From: a virus
Lineage: Duplodnaviria; Caudoviricetes
Virus record (IMG/VR): IMGVR_UViG_2636415525_000002
Span: 33,425-97,424 of that record
Reading direction: 5' to 3' (one strand)
DNA length: 64,000 bases
Every line of letters begins with the position of its first letter. Position 1 is the first letter of the stretch. The notes under the pieces are model-generated. The model was not told where the DNA came from. It did no database searches and saw nothing but the letters and a program-made list of their open reading frames with translations. The position numbers and the translations under genes were made by a program. Shown here one piece after another: positions 39,004-48,407 of the stretch.

Positions 39004-39474
39004 CTATGCTCGCTGCAAATTCAATTCGATGGCCTCGATGCGCACGCCGGGCACGCGCGCGTAGCGCTTCGAGATCCAGAGGTCGACCACCTGGCCGTCG
39101 TCGGCGTAGACGACCCCGTTCATACCGTCCTTCAACGCCTTGACAACGTTGTCGGCGTCGGGCTTCTTCGTCGCGCCGATCGTGCCGGCGGCGGCCGCAG
39201 CCTGGCGCTTCTGCGACCAACTGGTCGGGATCGGCAGGCCGATGTGCACAATCAGGCGGACCGGGCCGGCGTACGGCGCGGCACTGCGCATCGCCTCGCG
39301 GGCGGCCATCTTCACGAGGTTCTCGTACCGCTCGGTCTTCTCGGGCGTGTAGGTCGTGACGTGCGCGCCGCGGCGTGCGAATTTCGGGCGGCCCTTCGCG
39401 ACAGGCGTGCCGGGAACGACGAACTCGACGCGCTGCGCGATAGGCGACGCCGTAATGAGCGATTGCTGGGTCAT
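39004..39474 (-). CDS. rusA: RusA-like Holliday junction resolvase
   Basis: KPDADNVVKALKDGMNGVVYADDGQV. Confidence 0.9.
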   Translation of the reverse strand: MTQQSLITASPIAQRVEFVVPGTPVAKGRPKFARRGAHVTTYTPEKTERYENLVKMAAREAMRSAAPYAGPVRLIVHIGLPIPTSWSQKRQAAAAAGTIGATKKPDADNVVKALKDGMNGVVYADDGQVVDLWISKRYARVPGVRIEAIELNLQRA

Positions 39475-39644
39475 GCGCGCACCTCGCGCGAGGGCGGCGC
39501 GGCCGTCTCGGCCGGCTTGTGCGCGTCGCAGTAGTCGCGCCCCTTGTGCGTCCAGTGCGCCTTCACGCGCGGGCCATGAGCCGCGCATTCGCAGCAGTAG
39601 CGATGGCCGCTGGCCTGCTTCATCGCTTTCGTGATCCGCTTCAT
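39471..39644 (-). CDS. Small zinc-finger protein
   Basis: YCCEC...YCDAH; ATGA overlaps. Confidence 0.55.
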   Translation of the reverse strand: MKRITKAMKQASGHRYCCECAAHGPRVKAHWTHKGRDYCDAHKPAETAAPPSREVRA

Positions 39645-39889
39645 GCCGGCACCTCGTCTTCGACGTCGTCGGTCACGGGCACGCCGCTGATCGGCCGAAG
39701 GTTCGCGTCGAGAACCTGCGCACGGCCGAAGGCCACGCGACCGGTTCGTGTCTGCACGGCACCACGAAACGACACGACCCACCATGACGGCCCGTTGGGC
39801 CCTACTTCTTCGACTTTGACGACCATGCCGTTTTGTTCCGGCAGTCCAGAACCGATGACATAGGCCAGATCACCAGGTTTGCAGTTCAT
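39641..39889 (-). CDS. Small phage protein (CKPGDLA...LxPISG family)
   Basis: MNCKPGDLAYV...DANLRPISG; similar to 46369-46710. Confidence 0.6.
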   Translation of the reverse strand: MNCKPGDLAYVIGSGLPEQNGMVVKVEEVGPNGPSWWVVSFRGAVQTRTGRVAFGRAQVLDANLRPISGVPVTDDVEDEVPA

Positions 39890-40995
39890 CGCCCACCCTC
39901 CATCAAAACGCCGGCTGCGACGGGTCCGGCAGTGTTGCGAAATGCGCGGTTGTGGTCGTCCCACCACGGGCCATCGCCCGCGGCGTCGAACACGCGCAGC
40001 TTGAAATCGAACGGAGGTTCTTCGCGGCCTTGCTCGATGCCGAGCGCGCCGCCGTGCTCGACGATGCCGGTCCACGAGCGCCACCAGTCGCCCACGGCGC
40101 GCGAGCCCGACGCGGTCGTCGCGGTACGGGCCGCCAGCAGATCGCCGAGGATCAGGTCGAGCAGGCCGACGTTCAGCGCCTGCTCCGAGCACTCGCGCTC
40201 ACGGCGCTTGCGTCCCGTGGCGATGGCCGCACGCAGGTCGTCGGCAGTCACGCCGCGCCCGGGCCAGCTCGCCAACCGCGCGTCATCGGCGGCGAAGCCG
40301 ACGCCCGACGAGCGGAGGATTTCGACGAAAGCGGCGGCGGCGATCGGCGGTTCTTCCCCGTCTCCCTGTGCTGTGCCGCCGCCGCTTGCTGTGTTTACAT
40401 CTCCCTCTCCCTCTCTCTTGCGATCGGGGGGCGAATCGGGGGGCGATGCTTTAGGTGATCGGGGGGCGATCTGGTCTGGATCGCGACTCGAATCGGCCAC
40501 GATGTCTTTCACCTGCTTTTTCCGCAGCCATTCCGATTGGGGGGCGACGCCCTTCAGCAGGTGCGCTGCCTCGACGACCTGCTTGCGCACGGCAACCGTA
40601 TCGATCTCGATCCCCCATCGCTTGGCGTTGCCGACTGAGCCCGACAGGCTGCTCGTGAGCTTCGATAGCCACGCCTCCAGCACCTTCTCGGCGGCGACCG
40701 GGTGATACAGGCGACCGTCGGCGCACTTCACCCACCCGCGCAGCGCATGATCCTTCACGCGCTTCCAGTTCTTCGCCTGGGACAGATGGCCAAGCATGCG
40801 GTCGTCGGCCGGCAGGCTGGCGGCCGGAATCTGATGCCAGCTTTCGAGCCACAGCGTAATCGCGGCCGCGCGCTCGTCACCGCTGCCGAGGATCCACGTC
40901 TCCGACGTCAGCAAGCGCTTCACCTCGATCGGCATGAACGGGAAATCGCGGAGGTTGCAGTCCGCTGGGGTGAGAGGATTCGGGAGCTGATTCAT
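39886..40995 (-). CDS. Replication initiator (DUF1376/YdaU-like)
   Basis: LRDFPFMP, SWHQIPAASLPADD, DGRLYHPV; contains iteron-like repeats. Confidence 0.8.
   Translation of the reverse strand: MNQLPNPLTPADCNLRDFPFMPIEVKRLLTSETWILGSGDERAAAITLWLESWHQIPAASLPADDRMLGHLSQAKNWKRVKDHALRGWVKCADGRLYHPVAAEKVLEAWLSKLTSSLSGSVGNAKRWGIEIDTVAVRKQVVEAAHLLKGVAPQSEWLRKKQVKDIVADSSRDPDQIAPRSPKASPPDSPPDRKREGEGDVNTASGGGTAQGDGEEPPIAAAAFVEILRSSGVGFAADDARLASWPGRGVTADDLRAAIATGRKRRERECSEQALNVGLLDLILGDLLAARTATTASGSRAVGDWWRSWTGIVEHGGALGIEQGREEPPFDFKLRVFDAAGDGPWWDDHNRAFRNTAGPVAAGVLMEGGR
40423..40469. repeat. Three 12-bp iteron-like repeats, putative origin
   Basis: ATCGGGGGGCGA at 40423, 40435 and 40458. Confidence 0.65.
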
Positions 40996-41966
40996 TCGCA
41001 CAATCCGTACGCCGAAGCGCATGCGGTCGCCGGCTCGGCGTCCGCGAGAAGGTCGTATTGGCGGCCGCCGCGCGTCGTTTTCGACCACTCGACGACCTGA
41101 TGCACAGTTGTGGCTTGGCCGGCGTGCCCCGTCGTGCCCATGTGGAAAAATGAGACAGGGCTCAACGGCCGACACACCTCCGAAACGAGGCGCTCCCACG
41201 CGGCGATGCGCTCGACGTGCTCGGGAAAGCGGCGCGCGATTTCGCGCAGTTCGAGCTTCCCTGCGTTGATGCAGGGCATGCAGCCGACGCGCGTCATGCC
41301 TTCGCGGTACAGCGGATTCGCGGCGACGCCGGCTGACGCGTGCGCCTCGAACACGTCGGAGACGTCCCAACGCAGGATCGGACGGAACACCGCGTAGCAG
41401 CCACCGCGCCATTCGTATTGCGGAAGCCACCGGCGAGCCTCGCTCTCGTCTGCACGCACGCCCTGCCAAGATTCGACGAAATAGCCCTCGTCGATCAGGC
41501 CAATCGCGTACTCGGTCAACGGGTTGCGCTTCAGGTACTCGGTGCAGAACTGGCGCTTCCGGGACGGGAAGCCGCCCCGCACCATGCAAAGATCGAGGAA
41601 CGGGTTTCCGGTCGGGTGCAGCAGGTCGAGCGCACGCGCAGCCGCGTCTGGAGTCCAGGCGTACATGAACTCGCGCTTGCCGTAGACGGATGCCTCCGGC
41701 TCGCCGGCCGCGATCCGCGCGAGGTTCGCGCGCTTCGTCGCGAACTCGTCGGCGAAGTCGGCGCGCACCACGTCGACGGTAATGCCAAGCGCGTGCGGCA
41801 GGTATTCAAGCGCGTATTCGTACGTCGACTCGTGCTCGTTGCCAGTGTCGGCAAACACGGCGCGGACGTTCCCGCGGCCGTGCAGCTCGAACGCGACGAG
41901 CAGTGTCGCGGTGCTGTCCTTCCCACCCGACAGCGAGACAACATGGAGAGTCGGCCGGTCCATCAC
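40992..41966 (-). CDS. PAPS-reductase-family protein
   Basis: [10 protein letters not shown]-loop, FADTG, CTEYLK, GVRADES, RVGCMPC. Confidence 0.88.
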   Translation of the reverse strand: MMDRPTLHVVSLSGGKDSTATLLVAFELHGRGNVRAVFADTGNEHESTYEYALEYLPHALGITVDVVRADFADEFATKRANLARIAAGEPEASVYGKREFMYAWTPDAAARALDLLHPTGNPFLDLCMVRGGFPSRKRQFCTEYLKRNPLTEYAIGLIDEGYFVESWQGVRADESEARRWLPQYEWRGGCYAVFRPILRWDVSDVFEAHASAGVAANPLYREGMTRVGCMPCINAGKLELREIARRFPEHVERIAAWERLVSEVCRPLSPVSFFHMGTTGHAGQATTVHQVVEWSKTTRGGRQYDLLADAEPATACASAYGLCE

Positions 41967-43132
41967 GACACCTCCAGCATGAGGCCGGGCTGCCGCAGGC
42001 GATCGCGCTGCAGCTGCTCGTAGTCGGGATTCAGCTCGCAGCCGAGAAACCGGCGGCCGAGCCGCTGTGCAACCTGGCCCGTCGTGCCGCTGCCGAAGAA
42101 CGGATCAAACACGACGTCGCCCGGCCGGCTGCCGGCGAGCACGCAAGGTTCGACGAGCGCCTCGGTGAAGGTCGCGAAGTGCGCGCCGCTGTACGACTGC
42201 GTAGGGATGTGCCAAACCGAACGGCGATTGCGCATCGTCGGCATGATCGCCATCGCCTCGTCGAAGCTGGCGTTGTTCTTCGTGCCGCCGCCCTCGTCCG
42301 CCAGTTTTCGCTTCACGCGGCCGCGCGAACGCTCGTCGGCATCTGTACCGTGCCCCCAACCAACACCGCGACCAACGGCTTTCATGTTGCCGTTCGTCTT
42401 CGCACCACCGTTCGCGCGCTCGCTACCGATCTGCGCCTGCACGTTCTGCGACAGACGAGCATGCGTGTTCGGACTGACCGGTTCGAGGATCGCTTCCTGG
42501 TCGAAGTAGTAGCGCTCGTTCTTGCTCAACAGGAACATGTACTCGTGCGCCTTCGTACAGCGGTCGCGCACGCTTTCGGGCATCGGGTTCAATTTCTCCC
42601 ACACAATGTCCTGCCGGAGATACCAGCCGGCGTCCTGAAGAGCGAACGCGAGGCGCCACGGCTGGCCCATCAGGTCTTTCGGTTTCAGGCCGTCAACACG
42701 GACGTCAGAGCGAGGAATCGGCGCGTTATCGCGCCGGCGCGATTGCGTCATGTCGGTCTTCGCGACCCGACATTCACGCTGGTTGCGGCGAGATCCCTCA
42801 AGCGTCGACGACGTATCACTGTTGGGGCCGCTTTTATTTGTGCCACCGCGCGATCCTGCGTAGGCGTCACCCATATTGAGCCAGAGCGTGCCGTCGTCGG
42901 CGAGCAGCTCGCGCGCGAGGTCGAACACGCCGACGAGCGTGTCGATGAACTCGCGCAGCGTCGGCTCCTGACCGATTTCGCGATGCTTGTCCGGGTGGCC
43001 GTCGGGCAGGTACGAGCGCAAGCCCCAGTACGGCGGCGACGTGACGATCGTCTGCACGCGCACGCCGTCGGCGATCATCGCGCGCATCAGGTCGCGGCAG
43101 TCGCCGCGGTGGGAACGGTCGAGCCAGTTCAC
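41963..43132 (-). CDS. Amino (N4-C/N6-A) DNA methyltransferase, beta class
   Basis: TSPPY before [10 protein letters not shown]. Confidence 0.92.
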   Translation of the reverse strand: MNWLDRSHRGDCRDLMRAMIADGVRVQTIVTSPPYWGLRSYLPDGHPDKHREIGQEPTLREFIDTLVGVFDLARELLADDGTLWLNMGDAYAGSRGGTNKSGPNSDTSSTLEGSRRNQRECRVAKTDMTQSRRRDNAPIPRSDVRVDGLKPKDLMGQPWRLAFALQDAGWYLRQDIVWEKLNPMPESVRDRCTKAHEYMFLLSKNERYYFDQEAILEPVSPNTHARLSQNVQAQIGSERANGGAKTNGNMKAVGRGVGWGHGTDADERSRGRVKRKLADEGGGTKNNASFDEAMAIMPTMRNRRSVWHIPTQSYSGAHFATFTEALVEPCVLAGSRPGDVVFDPFFGSGTTGQVAQRLGRRFLGCELNPDYEQLQRDRLRQPGLMLEVS

Positions 43133-43998
43133 GCAACCTCCCGCGCGATGTGCGGCAGCGGCTCGGCGGCCGATTCGATCGCAACCTGGATGCGCTCCAG
43201 CTGCTGACGGAGTCGCTTGACCTCCGGATCAACGCTGACCCGGCGCGCGGCCTGTTTGCAGGCGCTGGCGATCTCCCATGCGCCAGCGCTCGCCGGCAGC
43301 CCAAGCGCACGCGCGAGCTCGCCGCGCGCGCTGTCGATTTGCATCGCGTCGCGCTCCGCATGCTCCTTCGTCCGATCGAGGATCAGCCGCCGTTCTTTTT
43401 CCGCCTCTTCGGCCAGGTTCTCAAGCCGCTCGGTGGCGGTCTTCAGTCGGCGTTCCGCATGCAGCTGGTCACGTACGGCATCCGCAACGATGTCGCCGAG
43501 GCGCGCGCGCAGTTTCTTCTCGAGCGTCCATTCGTTGCAGAGTCCGGCCCGCAGCTGCTCACGGCCCTGATCCGCGAGCCGCGCCATACCGTCGATGATC
43601 AGCTTGATCCACGCGTCGCGCGGCAGGTTCTCCATGTTCTTCAGCGTCGGGCCCTTCAACGAGCGCCAGCCGTCCGGGCCGCGTACGATCAGCCCGCAAC
43701 CGGCCGGAATGTCCTCTTTCTTCAGCAGCCCGGCCGGCGCGGCGAAGATCACGCCAGCGGCAAAGCGCAGGTATGACGTCCACTTGCCGGCCGTCACGTC
43801 CCGCCGGAAGTCGGCGACGCTGATCTTGCATTCGTAGGCGACCGGCTGGAAACGCGCGAACGAGCACGGCACGGTGTAGACGTCCGGCCGCGGCGAGCCG
43901 GCCGGCCCGAGCTGCATGTCGGTCCAGACGAGGCGATCGGACGCACCGCGAAGATGGGCGGCGAGATCCTTGGCGAGGTCGTCGTGCGCCCAGGTCAT
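43129..43998 (-). CDS. MmcB-like PD-(D/E)xK nuclease with coiled coil
   Basis: RPDV...[17 protein letters not shown]. Confidence 0.7.
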   Translation of the reverse strand: MTWAHDDLAKDLAAHLRGASDRLVWTDMQLGPAGSPRPDVYTVPCSFARFQPVAYECKISVADFRRDVTAGKWTSYLRFAAGVIFAAPAGLLKKEDIPAGCGLIVRGPDGWRSLKGPTLKNMENLPRDAWIKLIIDGMARLADQGREQLRAGLCNEWTLEKKLRARLGDIVADAVRDQLHAERRLKTATERLENLAEEAEKERRLILDRTKEHAERDAMQIDSARGELARALGLPASAGAWEIASACKQAARRVSVDPEVKRLRQQLERIQVAIESAAEPLPHIAREVA

Positions 43999-44090
43999 GC
44001 GAACTCCCTTCGCACGCAAGCTTCCGCCGCGAGTGCGCTATGATGATTTCGCCGCGGGCGTGCGCGGTCTATTTGAAGACGGGGAATCAG

Positions 44091-44609
44091 ATGGCGATCA
44101 TGACCGTAACGGCAGCTATTGCCGGCCTGAAAAATACAATCGACCTTGCCAAGGCAGCAGTCGCCGCGCGGGACGAACTGAAGCTCGCAGAGATGCAACA
44201 ATCGATCAACGATCGCGTGATCGACGTCCAAAACGCAGCGCTGGCGTTGCAAGAAAAGCAGGCGAGCGCGCGCGACGAAATCGATGAGTTGAAGGAGCAG
44301 ATTCGCTCCGCCAACGAGAAGATCGCCGAGCTTGATCGAAAACGTGCTCTTCGCAGTCAGTACGAGCTTCGTGAACTGACCGAGGGCGTATTCGTGCTGG
44401 CAAGCACAAGCGCCGACCCGTCGCAGCCGGCACATTTGATTTGTCAGCCCTGCATGGACAACGACAACAAGCTTGGAGTCCTTCAGCAAACCTCGAAGTA
44501 TGGTGGGATCAAGCTTAAGTGTCCCTTGTGCTCCATGGAGTACCGCACCGGCAAGCACGTCCCGGCCCCTCAAGTGCCGATTCCGCGCAATTCCTATAGT
44601 CGCTGGTAA
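44091..44609 (+). CDS. Moron: coiled-coil plus zinc-ribbon protein
   Basis: ICQPC...CPLC; opposite strand; TATGAT at 44039. Confidence 0.72.
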   Translation: MAIMTVTAAIAGLKNTIDLAKAAVAARDELKLAEMQQSINDRVIDVQNAALALQEKQASARDEIDELKEQIRSANEKIAELDRKRALRSQYELRELTEGVFVLASTSADPSQPAHLICQPCMDNDNKLGVLQQTSKYGGIKLKCPLCSMEYRTGKHVPAPQVPIPRNSYSRW

Positions 44610-44635
44610 AAAGCGGCTGGTATCGAACAGTTGGG

Positions 44636-44860
44636 TCAGCACGAGCCGCCCTCCTTCTTGTTGCTGTCGATCGGCGCCGCCTCGGGACGCACGCGCTCGA
44701 GCATCCAGAGCTGGTCGGCCCGGAACGCGAGGTAGTCCTGCGGGGGATCGCGGAAGATGAAAAGGTGCTTTTCCTCGACGATACCGAGGTACGTCATGGG
44801 GCGCCCGAGCTTGCGGGCGAAGTGCTTGCCGACGTCGCGGCGGCTGAGCGTCAACGTCAT
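44636..44860 (-). CDS. Hypothetical protein
   Basis: 74 aa; ATGA overlap with upstream gene. Confidence 0.55.
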   Translation of the reverse strand: MTLTLSRRDVGKHFARKLGRPMTYLGIVEEKHLFIFRDPPQDYLAFRADQLWMLERVRPEAAPIDSNKKEGGSC

Positions 44861-45231
44861 GCCGCCGCCTGGCGCTGGCCGAATGCCTGTTGGACGAACT
44901 CGCCGATCGCCTGCTGGCTGAGCCGGCGGTATTCCTCGATCGCCTTGCGCTCCTGAATGGCAAGCCACTGCCGCGGGTAGTCACATCCCGTGAACATGCA
45001 GAACAGATGCAGTTTCGTGGCGTTGAAAGGACGACGGCCGGCAATCACGTCGCTGAAATGCGGGTAGTGAATCCCGCAGTTGCGCGCAAGCGTCTTGCGA
45101 TCGAAGCGCCGCAGCCCGAGCTCGAGCGCGTGCGCGAGGCAGTCCTCGAAGCTCATCGCTTCGATCTCCCCATCCGGCAGCGTCGCGGCCTGCACCCACG
45201 GCGCGAACATCCTGAATTCGGTCTGGTTCAT
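44857..45231 (-). CDS. CII-like HTH regulator
   Basis: DRKTLARNCGIHYPHFSDVIAG; downstream of cro. Confidence 0.6.
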   Translation of the reverse strand: MNQTEFRMFAPWVQAATLPDGEIEAMSFEDCLAHALELGLRRFDRKTLARNCGIHYPHFSDVIAGRRPFNATKLHLFCMFTGCDYPRQWLAIQERKAIEEYRRLSQQAIGEFVQQAFGQRQAAA

Positions 45232-45246
45232 ACGAAAAATCAATCG

Positions 45247-45281
45247 TTACCCAGTTGATTACCCACTTGCTTACCCAGTTG
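45247..45281. repeat. Three 12-bp-period repeats TTACCCA(G/C)TTG
   Basis: Copies at 45247, 45259 and 45271, upstream of CII-like gene. Confidence 0.6.
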
Positions 45282-45397
45282 GCGCCGGGGCGAAATAAAG
45301 GCCAGGACAACACCTGGCCGACTGCAAAAGATGCGAACCGCCGCTATGCGAGAATTGAAGCTCTCTACTTCATCAACCACCACACAATGGGGCTCGC

Positions 45398-45628
45398 ATG
45401 ACCATCAACTCGAAAGACATCGACTACCAGGACTACACGTACACAATCGATCTTTCCAATGCCGGCGGACTCATCGTCGAACGCCGTTTCGCGTTGAAAG
45501 GCGCAGAAACCGTTTCGATTCGCGTGAGGATCGACAGCAAGGAAAATTCCGATCTCGCGAAGATCAATACGGCTTCTATTCATCGCTCCATCGAGATCCT
45601 TCAATCGTTCCTTCCAAAGGAAGAGTGA
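45398..45628 (+). CDS. Small hypothetical moron
   Basis: 76 aa, AT-richer, opposite strand. Confidence 0.5.
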   Translation: MTINSKDIDYQDYTYTIDLSNAGGLIVERRFALKGAETVSIRVRIDSKENSDLAKINTASIHRSIEILQSFLPKEE

Positions 45629-45805
45629 TCGGCTGCCCGAAGGCGTTGAACGCGTTTGGCTCGCTGCCTTCGGGATCCAGTTGCCGACCGCAGGTGGGAT
45701 CGACATACCCCCCAGCCATCCAAAGCAACGTCGTCGAGATCAGCCGCCAGCGCTTCGTCGACGGCTTTCGGCTCAGCCTCACCGGCTCGAACACACGGGT
45801 CTTCT

Positions 45806-46009
45806 TCACGCACCCTCCTTCGCCGGCTGAGCACACCGTTCCCTATGCAGGGCCATCACGCGACTCGCAATCGCAAACGAAACGCGCGAGCCACGGGCTC
45901 CCCTGAGAAGCGCGGAAATGAGGGATTGCGAGCACGGAATTAGGCCGGCCAGCTGGGATTGGGTGAGCCCCGAACCAAGGAGATCGGAGACAGCTTTTTG
46001 GATGTCCAT
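45806..46009 (-). CDS. cro: Cro-like repressor
   Basis: GLTQSQLAGLIPCSQSLISALLRG; divergent from cI. Confidence 0.82.
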   Translation of the reverse strand: MDIQKAVSDLLGSGLTQSQLAGLIPCSQSLISALLRGARGSRVSFAIASRVMALHRERCAQPAKEGA

Positions 46010-46014
46010 GGCCA

Positions 46015-46079
46015 AGTATCACATTTGTGTTTGTTGCGGTCAACACAAATCGAATGGGCCGTTCTATTACGATTGTGAT
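46015..46079. promoter_or_regulatory. OR-like region: divergent promoters and operators
   Basis: Minus strand TTGACC-17-GATACT; plus strand TACGAT just before cI ATG; ATCACATTTGTGTT at 46018 identical to 46865. Confidence 0.7.
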
Positions 46080-46472
46080 ATGTACACGCTAGCCGACAGA
46101 CTGAAATGGGCGAGAGCCCGAGCCGGCCTATCCCAAGAGGATTTGGGTGCCAGGGCCGGCGTTTCCCAATCGACGATTGGGAATCTGGAAGCGGGAACGC
46201 GCAACAGCGCACGCCGCCTCCCGCAAATTGCCGACACGCTCGGCGTGAGCGCACTATGGCTTGCCGAGGGGAAAGGCAAACCGACGTCGGATGCCGATAC
46301 CGCGGAAAGCTACGATTCCGCGCTGCTCACCGCGAGCGCAGACGCGAGGGCGCTGATTGACGCGATCCTCAAGGCAGACAAGGCTGGTGAGCCGGCACAA
46401 ACGTTCGCGCTGATGCTTCGGATGCTTCCGAATCCGGACGAGCCATTTCGCCTGGAAGACCCGTCCCGCTGA
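46080..46472 (+). CDS. cI: CI-like XRE repressor lacking S24 peptidase domain
   Basis: 130 aa; LADRLKWARARAGLSQEDLGARAGVSQSTIGNLEAG. Confidence 0.85.
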   Translation: MYTLADRLKWARARAGLSQEDLGARAGVSQSTIGNLEAGTRNSARRLPQIADTLGVSALWLAEGKGKPTSDADTAESYDSALLTASADARALIDAILKADKAGEPAQTFALMLRMLPNPDEPFRLEDPSR

Positions 46473-46710
46473 TAGGCGTCAAATTCCAGTCGTTCAGCAA
46501 TGCACGCCGGCGCAGAGTAACGTCCCCCGTTACAGCGCCGCGCGCCCAAACCCCCGGCCCCTGCAGTACTACGAGCCAGTCATGCTGCCCGTCCCAGCAT
46601 CTCTCAATCACTCGCACCAGTAGCCCGATCCGATCGGACACCCCGCATTTCGTCACGATCGCCAAATCCCCGGGCTTGCATCGCAGACGCACCTTCACTT
46701 GTTGTTTCAT
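46369..46710 (-). CDS. SOS-box-preceded small protein (candidate antirepressor)
   Basis: RCKPGDLAIV...NLTPISG; GAGGG RBS; LexA box 30 nt upstream. Confidence 0.6.
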   Translation of the reverse strand: MKQQVKVRLRCKPGDLAIVTKCGVSDRIGLLVRVIERCWDGQHDWLVVLQGPGVWARGAVTGDVTLRRRALLNDWNLTPISGTGLPGEMARPDSEASEASARTFVPAHQPCLP

Positions 46711-46739
46711 CAGTCGCCCTCGTCTCTCTGCACCGAACA

Positions 46740-46786
46740 CTGTATGAATGTACAGTAGTTTAGTACCAGATCCGGGCGACTTTCAA
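46740..46786 (-). promoter_or_regulatory. LexA (SOS) box and promoter
   Basis: CTGT-ATGAATGT-ACAG at 46740-46755, just downstream of minus-strand TTGAAA-18-TAAACT. Confidence 0.8.
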
Positions 46787-46864
46787 CTGGTGTCAGCAAC
46801 CGCTTAACCAGCGGGCGTTTCCGTCCCCCTCACCTTCCCCTTGTTACAAACTTTTCCCGACAAA

Positions 46865-46906
46865 ATCACATTTGTGTTGACTGTGATGAATCACGTATGT
46901 GATTAT
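46865..46906 (+). promoter_or_regulatory. OL/PL-like promoter with two operators
   Basis: ATCACATTTGTGTT (46865) and AATCACGTATGTGATT (46889) overlapping TTGACT...GATTAT. Confidence 0.7.
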
Positions 46907-47300
46907 TCCCTCAACGCGGCACCGACGCCGCGCCACCGCCCCAGGCGGATCGCTCTCTAACAATCGAAGGTAAGCCGGGACCGCACATGCGGAGCAACCG
47001 GCCGGCGCGATCAGCGTCGTGAGTCAGGACGGACGCTGCGGAAGACCGCAGCGGCATGCAATACCCGAGTGAACCTGACGCAAGACAGCCAGCAACAAGT
47101 GACCGATGGCGTCGTAATCGGTACAAACCTCGCGCGGCCCGGAGCCGGCACGACCGGGAGTAGTCGGGCGCGCGAGTGATGCAGTTCTGACCGGTGGCGG
47201 TTCTTCTTCTGAGGCGTCACCAGTGAGAGTTGGTGCAGCAATCGCAATTCGATTTTTCACACCAAACTTTACTTAGTAGTTCTTTCTATTTGGAGTCTCT

Positions 47301-47681
47301 ATGAGCGCGCCCGTCCCCACTGCCGTTTCCATTCCGCAGCTCGCCGAGGGCGAGATCTACGTCGGTGTCGTCACGAACACGGCCGGCGAACAGCATCACG
47401 TCGTGCTCCTGCCGGGTGACAACGACGACGCCACCTGGCAGGCGCAGATGGAATGGGCGAAGTCGATCGGCGGCGACCTGCCGACACGGGTCGAAATGCT
47501 GTTCCTGCTGGAAAACCATCGTGACGAGTTCGAGCGCGACGCGTACTGGACGTGCCAGCCGGACACCGACCCGGGCTACTCCGGCTGGGCGTGGTGCCAG
47601 ACCTTCGGCAGTGGCGGCCAGGGCCTCATCCACCAGTACGGCGAGTTGCGCGCCCGCGCCGTCCGCAGATTGTCGATTTAA
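47301..47681 (+). CDS. DGR target 3: DUF1566/CLec-like protein (remote target)
   Basis: LPTRVE...YWT...SGWAW...ELRARAVRR; carries VR3. Confidence 0.92.
   Translation: MSAPVPTAVSIPQLAEGEIYVGVVTNTAGEQHHVVLLPGDNDDATWQAQMEWAKSIGGDLPTRVEMLFLLENHRDEFERDAYWTCQPDTDPGYSGWAWCQTFGSGGQGLIHQYGELRARAVRRLSI
47580..47670 (+). repeat. DGR variable repeat VR3
   Basis: 91 bp; 15 mismatches to TR, all at TR adenines. Confidence 0.95.
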
Positions 47682-47714
47682 CCCTTCATCGATTTCAACT
47701 GAGTGGAGGGTGCG

Positions 47715-48131
47715 ATGCATTGGAACAATCACCGGGCCGGAAACGTCTGCACGCTCCCTTCGCGCACGGACGCACTTGCCGACCGCCGACAAGCAGTTGC
47801 CGACGACGCTGCGCTGGCGCGCGACGAGCGCAACGAAGCGATCGCCGAACGCGTCACGTTCGACGTGCTGCCGTTCTCCGCAGAGCAGATCGCAGTTATC
47901 GACGCTGCCCTGCGTCGCGGCTGGATCGAAGATCGGGAGATTTTCTGGAACATTTGCCAAGACGTTCTGAAGGCTGAGATCGCGCGGCGCATCGCGGCCG
48001 CCGATCTCGCCGGCGCCGTGCCGAGTTTCGCCAACGTCTACTGCTCCGGATGCGGCCAGAAGTTCGGCCCGGCCAACGCCGGGTTCTCCAGCTGCACCGA
48101 TCACGCCGGGCGTCGCGCGCTCGACGACTGA
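47715..48131 (+). CDS. Hypothetical protein with C-terminal CxxC...CxxH
   Basis: GGAGG RBS; YCSGCGQ...SCTDH. Confidence 0.65.
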   Translation: MHWNNHRAGNVCTLPSRTDALADRRQAVADDAALARDERNEAIAERVTFDVLPFSAEQIAVIDAALRRGWIEDREIFWNICQDVLKAEIARRIAAADLAGAVPSFANVYCSGCGQKFGPANAGFSSCTDHAGRRALDD

Positions 48132-48179
48132 GCAACCGCGCCGGCTTCGGCTGGCGATCACACCACACTGAGAGACCAC

Positions 48180-48407
48180 ATGAACGAGATCAACGGCGGC
48201 GGCCCGGCGTTTCCGGAAGTTCCCGGCGACTGCAACGGATACGAAGGCCAACCCGGCATGAAGCTGCGTGACTACTTTGCGGCGAAGGCAATCGCCGGCT
48301 TGCTCGCCAACCCGAACGTGAAGCTGGGCGAGGATCGAGCCGACAAAGTCGCCGTTCTCGCGTACAGCGTGGCTGACGCCATGCTCCGCGCTCGAGGCAA
48401 AGCATGA
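48180..48407 (+). CDS. Conserved small phage protein
   Basis: GGPAFP...GMKLRDYFAAKA...AYSVADAML. Confidence 0.8.
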   Translation: MNEINGGGPAFPEVPGDCNGYEGQPGMKLRDYFAAKAIAGLLANPNVKLGEDRADKVAVLAYSVADAMLRARGKA

